Part shown: positions 55,916 to 64,000 of the stretch, in pieces | Layout of the letters: the number at the start of each line of letters is the position of its first letter | Position numbering within the stretch: position 1 is the first letter of the stretch | Origin: Hypanus sabinus | Taxonomy: Eukaryota | Direction: 5' to 3' | DNA: 64,000 nucleotides | NCBI RefSeq assembly: GCF_030144855.1 | Contig: NC_082736.1 | Location: forward strand, 6,758,001 to 6,822,000 | Program-made: the position numbers and the translations under genes | The notes under the pieces: generated by a model | Told to the model about the DNA's origin: nothing | Seen by the model: only the letters and a program-made list of their open reading frames with translations | Database searches by the model: none

Positions 55916-56626
55916 TCATAAGCTCTTACAATCTACTTCCACACTGTCGTTTTGCTCTTGTTCATCCTGCAGGTGTTGTAGGCTGTAACGATACATTTTC
56001 GGTGTTTCTTTCTCCACTAAGCTTGCTTCAGTAATTGCCACGAGCATCGGAAATTGTTTGGTTGCAGCACGCACTACAAGAGACTTGATACAAGGAAGAA
56101 AACAGCACAGCACAAGCGCAAAGCTCAACAATACAATACTGACAGTTATTGCTATTTTAATCAGCCATGCTCCCCATCTTCTGAGTCTACTTTCTAACCA
56201 ATCAAAAAACTGACGTCCGAACCCTGCATTCTGTTTGGCCTCCGTCATTGCTCTGGTGAAAAACCCTTCTGGGCTAGTATTGTTCAGTATGAAAGTGCAG
56301 CATTGTTCTCCAAACATTACACACACACACCCTTTTTCTGCCAAAAGCCAATCCAATGTTTTCAGGGTTCCATTAATTCTCTCTACCTTGCCCTGTGACT
56401 GAGGGTGGTATACACATCCAAATCTTTGCTTTGTCCTCAGCGCCTGTAGTACCAGTTTGACCACTTTCTGGATAAAAGCTGAACCATTGTCTGAGCTAAC
56501 TCCTGTAGGTATTCCAAACCTTGGGATCACTTCATTTGTCAGAAATTTTACCACTGTCTTTGCCCCTTGATCTCTTGAAGGTACCGCCTCCACCCATCTG
56601 CTATATCGATCAATTACGACCAGCAT
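55916..56626 (-). pseudogene. In-frame integrase-core/env-TM fusion ORF (236 aa)
   Basis: ...HPQSQGKVERINGTLKT|LDWLLAEKGCVCVMFGEQCCTF..., then a hydrophobic TM helix. Confidence 0.85.
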
Positions 56627-57198
56627 GCATCTTTCCCTCTCACTGACTTTATCATGTCTACGTAATCGATCACTAGATGCTTAAATGTTCCTTCAGGTAC
56701 AGGAATGTGACCTATTGGGGTTGTAATTCCCTTTTGAACATTATTCTGTGCGCATACCTCGCACTGTGACAAGACAAAGTCCACTGAAGCCTGTAAATAA
56801 GGTGACCAAAAACCATCCTTCTTTATTTTCTTTATCACTTCCCCCCCACCCCGCACAATGGTCCATCCCATGCGCTTCTGAAATCAGAATCGTCAGTAGA
56901 GGGGTGGGCGCTACCAACAAACCGTTTTCCGTGCTTCACAAGCCTTCCGGGCTCTGCTTGGCCCCCCTTTTTCTCCACATTGTCTGTTCTGCCAAAGTTG
57001 CCTTACCTTATATTTGAACTAGGTCCTCTACCTCAGGTTCTGGAGCTAGGCTTACCTGGGCAGCAATGACAGCTGATGAACACCCAGACGCTTTTCTGGC
57101 TGCCTCGTCCGCAGCTTGATTTCCCTTTGTTATTACATCAGTTCCCTTTTTATGTGCCTGGTATTTTACTATAGCCATTGCTTTACTATAGCCAATGC

Positions 57199-60100
57199 AA
57201 TGTTCACCAGTGGAGCAAGTAAATAGACAGTGTGTGAGGGAGGAAAGGCAGGTGATGGAGAAGGGATGCGCTCAGCCCGAAGATGTAGGGGAGAAGAAAG
57301 AAAAGGATAATAAATTTGAATGCATTGTTAGGGATGGAAAGAGAGGAGGGGTGGAGAGTATCTTAAATGTATCTATTTTAATGCTAGGAGCATTGTAAGA
57401 AAGGTGGATGAGCTTAAAGCGTGGATTGATACCTGGAATTATGATGTTGTAGCTATTAGTGAAACATGGTTGCAGGAAGGGTGTGTTTGGCAACTAAATA
57501 TTCCTGGATTTAGTTGCTTCAGGTGTGATAGAGTAGGAGGGGCCAGAGGAGGAGGTGTTGCATTGCTTGTCCGAGAAAATCTTATGGTGGTGCTTTGGAA
57601 GGATAGATTAGAGAGCTCCTCTAGGGAGGCCATTTGGGTGGAATTGAAGAATGGGAAAGGTGCAGTAACACTGATAGGAATGTATTATAGGCCACCTAAT
57701 GGGGCGCGTGAGCTGGAAGAGCAAATGTGTAAGGAGATAGCAGATATTTGTAGTAAACACAAGGTGGTGATTGTGGGAGATTTTAATTTTCCACACGTAG
57801 ACTGGGAAGCTCATTCTGTAAAAGGGCTGGATGGTTTAGAGTTTGTGAAATGTGTGCAGGATAGTTTTTTGCAACAATACATAGAAGTACCGACTAGAGA
57901 TGGGGCAGTGTTGGATCTCCTGTTAGGGAATGCGATAGGTCAGCTGACAGATGTATGTGTTGGGGAGCACTTCGGGTCCAGTGATCACAATAGCATTAGC
58001 TTCAATATAATTATGGAAAAGGACAGGACTGGACCTAGAGTTGAGATTTTTGATTGGAGAAAGGCTAACTTTGAGGGGATGCGAAGGGATTTAGAGAGAG
58101 TGGATTGGGTCAAGTTGTTTTATGGGAAGGATGTAATAGAGAAATGGAGGTCATTTAAGGGTGAAATTATGAGGGTACAGAATCTTTATGTTCCTGTTAG
58201 GGTGAAAGGAAAGGTTAAAGGTTTGAGAGCACCATGGTTTTCAAGGGATATTAGAAATTTGGTTCAGAAAAAGAGGGATGTCTACAATAGATATAGGCAG
58301 CATGGAGTAAAGGAATTGCTCAAGGAATATAAAGAATGTAAAAGGAATCTTAAGAAAGAGATTAGAAAAGCTAAAAGAAGATACGAGGTTGGTTTGGCAA
58401 ATAAGGTGAAAGTAAATCCGAAAGGTTTCTACAGTTGTATTAAAAACAAGAGGATAGTGAGGGATAAAATTGGCCCCTTAGAGAATCAAAGTGGTCAGCT
58501 ATGTGTGGAACCGAAGGAGATGGGAGAGATTTTGAATGATTTCTTCTCTTCGGTATTCACTAAGGAGAAGGATATTGAATTGTCTAAGGTGTGGGAAACA
58601 AGTAAGGAAGTTATGGAACCTATGACAATTAAAGAGGTGGAGGTACTGGCGCTTTTAAGAAATTTAAAAGTGGATAAATCTCCGGATCCTGACAGGATAT
58701 TCCCCAGGACCTTGAGGGAAGTTTGTGTAGAAATAGCAGGAGCTCTGACGGAGATCTTTAATATGTCATTAGAAACGGGGATTGTGCCGGAGGATTGGCG
58801 TATTGCTCATGTGGTTCCATTGTTTAAAAAGGGTTCTAGAAGGAAGCCTAGCAATTATAGACCTGTCAGTTTGACATCAGTGGTGGGTAAATTAATGGAA
58901 AGTATTCTTAGAGATAGTATTTATAATTATCTGGATAGACGGGATCTGATTAGAAGTAGCCAGCATGGATTTGTGCGTGGAAGGTCATGTTTGACAAACC
59001 TTATTGAATTTTTTGAAGAAGTTACGAGGAATGTTGACGAGGGTAAGGCAGTGGATGTAGTCTATATGGACTTCAGCAAAGCCTTTGACAAAGTTCCACA
59101 TGGAAGGTTGGTTAAGAAGGTTCAGTCGTTAGGTATTAATGCTGGAATAATAAAATGGATTCAACAGTGGCTAGATGGGAGATGCCAGAGAGTAGTGGTG
59201 GATAATTGTTTATCGGGATGGAGGCCGGTGAATAGCGGGGTGCCTCAGGGATCTGTTTTGGGCCCAATGTTGTTTGTAATATACATGAAGGATCTGGATG
59301 ATAGGGTGGTAAATTGGATTAGTAAGTATGCCGATGATACTAAGGTAAGAGGTGTTGTGGATAATGAGGTGGATTTTCAAAGCTTGCAGGGAGATTTATG
59401 CCAGTTAGAAGAATGGGCTGAATGTTGGCAGATGGCTGAGAAGTGTGAGGTTCTACATTTTGGCAGGAATAATCCAAATAGAACATACAGAGTAAATGGT
59501 AGGGCATTGAGGAATGCAGAGGAACAGAGAGTACTAGGAATAACTGTGCATAGTTCCCTGAAAGTGGAGTCTCATGTAGATAGGGTGGTGAAGAGGGCTT
59601 TTGGAACACTGGCCTTTATAAATCAAAGCATTGAGTACAGAAGTTGGGATGTAATGCTAAAGTTGTACAAGGCATTGGTAAGGCCAAATTTGGAATATTG
59701 TGTGCAGTTCTGGTCACCGAATTATAGGAAATATATCAATAAATTAGAGAGAGTGCAGAGACGATTTACTAGGATGTTACCTGGGTTTCAGCAATTAAGT
59801 TACAGAGAAAGGTTGAACAAGTTAGGTCTCTATTCATTGGAGCGTAGAAGGTTGAGGGGGGATTTGATCGAGGTATTTAAAATTTTGAGAGGGATAGATA
59901 GAGTTGACGTGAACAGGCTGTTTCCATTGAGAGTAGGGGAGATTCAAACTAGAGGACATGATTTGAGAGTTAGGGGGCAGAAGTTTAAGGGAAACACGAG
60001 GCGGTATTTCTTTACTCAAAGAGTGATAGCTGTGTGGAATGAGCTTCCTGCAGAGGCCAGTTCAGTTGTGTCATTTAAGGTAAAATTGGATAGGTATATG

Positions 60101-60230
60101 GACAGGAAAGTAGTGGAGGGTTATGGGCTGAGTGCGGGTAGGTGGGACTAGGTGAGATTAAGGGTTCGGCACGGTCTGGGAGGGCCAAGATGGCCTGTTT
60201 CCGTGCTGTGATTGTTATATGGTTATATGG
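57199..60230 (+). mobile_element. Young CR1 LINE, 5'-truncated upstream of ORF2, (GTTATATG)n tail
   Basis: Inserted into ERV-B RNase H; 3' UTR hairpin and tail. Confidence 0.95.
57362..60151 (+). CDS. CR1 ORF2 (APE endonuclease plus RT), uninterrupted; frame open from 57332
   Basis: LKCIYFNARS, SETW, GDFN, SDH, QHGF, PQGSVLGP and YADD all present; small in-frame deletions near the C-terminus. Confidence 0.9.
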   Translation, partial: LKCIYFNARSIVRKVDELKAWIDTWNYDVVAISETWLQEGCVWQLNIPGFSCFRCDRVGGARGGGVALLVRENLMVVLWKDRLESSSREAIWVELKNGKGAVTLIGMYYRPPNGARELEEQMCKEIADICSKHKVVIVGDFNFPHVDWEAHSVKGLDGLEFVKCVQDSFLQQYIEVPTRDGAVLDLLLGNAIGQLTDVCVGEHFGSSDHNSISFNIIMEKDRTGPRVEIFDWRKANFEGMRRDLERVDWVKLFYGKDVIEKWRSFKGEIMRVQNLYVPVRVKGKVKGLRAPWFSRDIRNLVQKKRDVYNRYRQHGVKELLKEYKECKRNLKKEIRKAKRRYEVGLANKVKVNPKGFYSCIKNKRIVRDKIGPLENQSGQLCVEPKEMGEILNDFFSSVFTKEKDIELSKVWETSKEVMEPMTIKEVEVLALLRNLKVDKSPDPDRIFPRTLREVCVEIAGALTEIFNMSLETGIVPEDWRIAHVVPLFKKGSRRKPSNYRPVSLTSVVGKLMESILRDSIYNYLDRRDLIRSSQHGFVRGRSCLTNLIEFFEEVTRNVDEGKAVDVVYMDFSKAFDKVPHGRLVKKVQSLGINAGIIKWIQQWLDGRCQRVVVDNCLSGWRPVNSGVPQGSVLGPMLFVIYMKDLDDRVVNWISKYADDTKVRGVVDNEVDFQSLQGDLCQLEEWAECWQMAEKCEVLHFGRNNPNRTYRVNGRALRNAEEQRVLGITVHSSLKVESHVDRVVKRAFGTLAFINQSIEYRSWDVMLKLYKALVRPNLEYCVQFWSPNYRKYINKLERVQRRFTRMLPGFQQLSYRERLNKLGLYSLERRRLRGDLIEVFKILRGIDRVDVNRLFPLRVGEIQTRGHDLRVRGQKFKGNTRRYFFTQRVIAVWNELPAEASSVVSFKVKLDRYMDRKVVEGYGLSAGRWD

Positions 60231-60356
60231 TTTAGGTTTCATGATGGCATTTATTAAGTCTAGAATTTGCTGACAATGTTGTATGGGAACTCATTTTAAT
60301 TAACAGGAATTTTTTACTCAGAATCTCTACTTCCCTTCCTTTACCTGTCATGTTAT

Positions 60357-61026
60357 TGTAAAGGGGGTTTCTTTTTTTTTCTTTGTTACTATTAGGAAAG
60401 GGTTTCCTTTTGTTAACTAGCAGGAATGCTAATTTACTGATAACGAGAATGGTATTCCTTTGTAAACCAAATGGGGATTAATGTTCTTTCTTCTGAGTCT
60501 GTAAGCTTTTGTTGACGGGCTTTTGGGCAGATCGGCGCGAGGGGGTCGAGAGAGAGGACGCAATGCTGTAAGCTGGGTGAGGATCGGACCCCAAAGTGGG
60601 GTCCGAGGCCGGGAGATTCTCCGAGGAGGGGGGGGGGGAATGAAGCTAGATGTGCTTGGTTGACCACTCGGAGGGTCCTGAGCTGTTTGGAGAGCCGAGG
60701 AGTTCGGAGGGGATCGAATGGTGGCCAGAAGACTTCAGAAATTGAGCTCCAACGGTTGTACACGAAGTGTTTTGGACTTTGATAAGTTTGGCTCCTTTTC
60801 TTTAATTTTCTCTTCATATATACTGTATCGTTATTAATCACTTATTTATAGTAACCTTTATAAATTGTACTCATTTAATCGCATATGGTGTACTGTCTGG
60901 TTTTGGGCGAGGCGGGGACATCACACAGCATCCACACCAGCTGATTACCCAGTTTGGCGGGGCCGAAGGCTGCTCCCCCTAGACAAGAACGAGCTGAGCG
61001 AGCCTGAGGCGACCCAGGGAGTTACA
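60357..61026 (+). repeat. Gypsy 5' LTR (670 bp)
   Basis: TGTAA...TTACA termini; repeated at offset 3280. Confidence 0.93.
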
Positions 61027-61029
61027 TTG

Positions 61030-61047
61030 TGGGGTGCTCGTCCGGGG
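61030..61047 (+). promoter_or_regulatory. tRNA-Pro-like PBS
   Basis: TGGGGTGCTCGTCCGGG, one insertion relative to TGGGGGCTCGTCCGGG. Confidence 0.8.
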
Positions 61048-61229
61048 TTGATTTCTGTGGAAGCTGTGTGATCACCCTCTTTAAATTGTGTCTGCGGCGA
61101 AGAGCTGGTGTGCGATTGTTGGTTATCGTTGTGTGTGTGTTGGGTGGGGTGGTTGCTGTTGGCTGACGAAATGGTGGTGGGACCATGGGTTGTCCGTACT
61201 GTTTGGAGAGTGAGGAGTGACAGGTTGGG

Positions 61230-62830
61230 ATGTTTCAGCAGTGGTGAGCTCCGCCCGGTTATTGGAATAATGTCCAGCCCTAAAGGGGCGGAGGCGTGGG
61301 CGGAGCGGACCCCTCAGTTGTTGGGTGAGTGGCAGTGCTTGGCTGAGGAAAAGCGACAGGGACGGGTTGAAAGTTTGAGTAGGCGGGCTAGTGACTTTGT
61401 TAGAACTGTCAGGCGCAATTACCTCGAAGTGACCGCTGCCAGTTCTGGGAAAGTGTGGGAAAATGCGTGTGGTTCGACTGGAAGTCAAATGCCGCAGTTG
61501 GGGGGGGGGGCTTATTATATCTGTGGCAGGAGATTGGTGGGAAGTTTTTAGGGTATCCCTTTTTGCCTAGGGGGGCAGATAAATTGCTTGTGGTGCCAAG
61601 GGGATCTGTCAAGGGGATCAGTTGTTCCGTTGATTCGAGAGGTGTCGGGAAACTTAGAGGAGGCCCAGTGGGGGAACGGCTTGGGGTCTCTGGGGGAGCA
61701 CGTTCCCAGCAATGTACCAAGGAACTCCCGAAAGGAGCAGACCCTATTCCTGAAGGCTTAGAGGGGCCATGCGCACAGGTGTTGTTACGGATGGATGGAA
61801 GTCAAGTTAAAGCCATCCTCGGCACCGGGGCGCCGGTGAAGTTGCTGTACAGTTTGTTTCATAACCGTTATTGGAAGCATTTACTCTTGACAACATTGAG
61901 GTCACTGGAGATTCGGGGTACCAGTGCCGGTGATTACCCAGACAACGGTTGTTGGTCAGTGAAAATGGAGTTCTTGGAGGCAAATGTGGAGGAGACTGAG
62001 GTTCATGAATCGTTAATGCTGATGTGTCCGGACCCTGTTGAGACGGGCAGCGTTTCTGTTCTAGAGAGAACCAAAATCCTGCTGGTGCGCTTGGGAGCCT
62101 GCCCGGAGGAGGCGGGTGAGCGCTGTTTGGAGGCATTGTCGATGCACCCAGGGTTTTGAGCTGCTTGTGCGGACGTGTGTAGCAGCATTGGGCTGATACC
62201 GAATTCAAACAAGAGCCAGTGGTGGTACGGCCTGAGGGAAGTATCTGAGGGTGAGACCCTCTTCGTGGACGCTGCGAAATACCACGAGGGAGCGGAGTTG
62301 ACTGCTGAAGACACCTCGGAGAGAGAGAGGTTGCGGCGACTGGTCCCTGAAGCCATGGAAGACGTAGGCAGCGTGTGTGTGGATTATATTGCGTTGAAGA
62401 GGCGCACTGTCAGTGACCAGAATATGGCCCTGAGGGCCGGAGAGGCGATGGCCTGTCTGAGTGGTGTGAAGTGGTTTAAGGTGCTGGATCTGAGGAGTGG
62501 ATGTTGCCAGATCCCGATGAGTGAGGCCAACAAGGAGAAGACGGCCGTTATAAATTCCCTAGGAGTCTTCGGTCCGAAAAGATGCCACAGGGCATATCTG
62601 GAGCCCTTGCAACCTTCCTGCGGGGCAGGTGGAAGACCATAAGGGATGTGGAGGCGTTTGGAGTTTTGGTGTATGTGGATGATCTCTTGGTATTTGGATT
62701 TGCCTCAGGAGAATATGAAGTGAGGTCGTTGCAGGAGCAGCTGAGAACTACCGAGTTAAAGTGTTTTCGGGACACGTGCCAGGTCTGGCGAAGGTCGCAG
62801 TTCGTGAGAGACTGTCTCTACGGAATCAAG
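61230..62830 (+). pseudogene. Degenerate, deleted Gypsy gag-pro-RT
   Basis: [20 protein letters not shown]; VKAILGTGA (DTG>GTG); [14 protein letters not shown]; [17 protein letters not shown]. Confidence 0.85.
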
Positions 62831-62851
62831 TTTGAAATGAAGACGGAGAGA

Positions 62852-63196
62852 CTGGAGAAAGTGATCTGGAACCATTCGGAAGACTTACAAGTTGGAGAGA
62901 ATGAAGAAAGTTGTCTGACTGAGGGTAATAGCAAACTGAGAACCCGGAGAGGGGAGTTTGCAGAGGTGAAGAAATTACAGACGAATCTCAGAAGAGAGAA
63001 GCGGAAGCTTGAAGGGAACCTGAAGATGACCATCGACAGTTCAAATGAAGTGCAAAACCTGAAAGTTGATCTGGAAGAAGTCATGAGGAAGAAAAAGCTG
63101 GAGAGAAGTGCAGTGAATACTGAACAGGAGGCTGAAGAGTCTGCGGGAGCAGTGCAGGCCACGTGTTTCCGTTTGGAGAAGATCAAACAGCAGCTA
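62852..63196 (+). other. Captured sarcomeric myosin heavy-chain rod coding fragments (possibly MYH16-like)
   Basis: DLQ..E.....LT..NSKL.T; [15 protein letters not shown]....K.DLEEV..KK; QEAEE...VQATC..LEK.KQ.L. Confidence 0.8.
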
Positions 63197-63636
63197 CCGA
63201 TCACAGGAATGAGGAAGAATACAGATTCGATGGATGATGTGCTGGATGTGTGGTACATGCTGCCTTTTGCTGACTTTCCCTCGATTGAGGAAGAGACCTT
63301 TGGCCCTTCTCCCATTGAGTTAGGGGTAGCGGGGAGGGTTAGCTGTGTGCAGTGTGGGGCATGAGTGAGATGTTGAGAGAGGAGTTGGTAGTGGGCCCAA
63401 GGTATCCCCAGTTGTGTCCGAGCCTGAAGGGTTTAGGTGAGGGGGTACGGAGGCCTCAGAAGGGTTAGGGAACTCCCAGATAGTTGGCCTAAGTAGTGCC
63501 TGAGGAACAGGGCGTGAGGGTTACTGCGTGCGGAGGAGATGTCACTGTTTGTGCTTGGGTTACGGTGTGTTGGCAGGAAAGGTGGCGAGTTATTTAGTAG
63601 TCATGAGGACATGACTTTTATTTGGTGGAGAAAGTG

Positions 63637-64000
63637 TGTAAAGGGGGTTTCTTTTTTTTTCTTTGTTACTATTAGGAAAGGGTTTCCTTTTGTTAACTAG
63701 CAGGAATGCTAATTTACTGATAACGAGAATGGTATTCCTTTGTAAACCAAATGGGGATTGATGTTCTTTCTTCTGAGTCTGTAAGCTTTTGTTGACGGGC
63801 TTTTGGGCAGATCGGCGCGAGGGGGTCGAGAGAGAGGACGCAATGCTCTAAGCTGGGTGAGGATCGGACCCCAAAGGGGGGTCCGAGGCCGGGAGATTCT
63901 CCGAGGTTGCGGGGGGGGGATGAAGCTAGATGTGCTTGATTGACCACTCGGAGGGTCCTGAGCTGTTTGGAGAGTCGAGGAGTTCGGAGGGTCCTGAGCT
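63637..64000 (+). repeat. Gypsy 3' LTR (cut by the window edge), preceded by a PPT at 63621-63636
   Basis: About 10 differences from the 5' LTR over ~350 bp, counted by eye. Confidence 0.93.

Larger units (their letters stand above)
55245..60290 (-). mobile_element. Endogenous retrovirus B (RNase H-IN-env TM-PPT-3' LTR), deleted and interrupted by CR1
   Basis: RNase H PIQHCQQILDLINAIMKPK (60231-60290) rejoins ALAIVK.QAHKKG..GNQAADEAA (to 57198); IN motifs; TM CX6CC; PPT 55709-55722. Confidence 0.92.
60357..64000 (+). mobile_element. Non-autonomous Gypsy/Ty3 LTR element with captured myosin sequence
   Basis: LTRs 60357-61026 and 63637->64000; PBS; PPT; PNMA-like gag, protease and RT remnants. 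Confidence 0.92.

Overview
Vertebrate genomic DNA. The CR1, Rex-Babar, Penelope and ERV repeat content looks like a cartilaginous fish, probably a ray (inference). The window is a replication-dependent histone gene cluster. Two copies of an H4(+)-H3(+)-H1(-)-H2A(-)-H2B(-) unit lie ~38 kb apart (~6.0-18.2 kb and ~44.2-55.2 kb). They show reciprocal pseudogenisation: unit 1 lost H2B and unit 2 lost H2A. Between them are an older third H2B with an orphan H2A promoter, a 5'-truncated inverted H4 and a C2H2 zinc-finger pseudogene. A 46-bp satellite forms three arrays, one ending each unit and one abutting the truncated H4. Mobile elements include two defective gamma/epsilon-type ERVs, a near-intact CR1 ORF2, Penelope elements with minimal hammerhead ribozyme motifs, and Rex, Nimb and hAT fragments. 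The most striking item is a young non-autonomous Gypsy LTR element carrying intronless sarcomeric myosin heavy-chain rod sequence fused in frame to its RT remnant. There is one assembly gap (33727-34120). Protein assignments come from motif recognition, not database searches.
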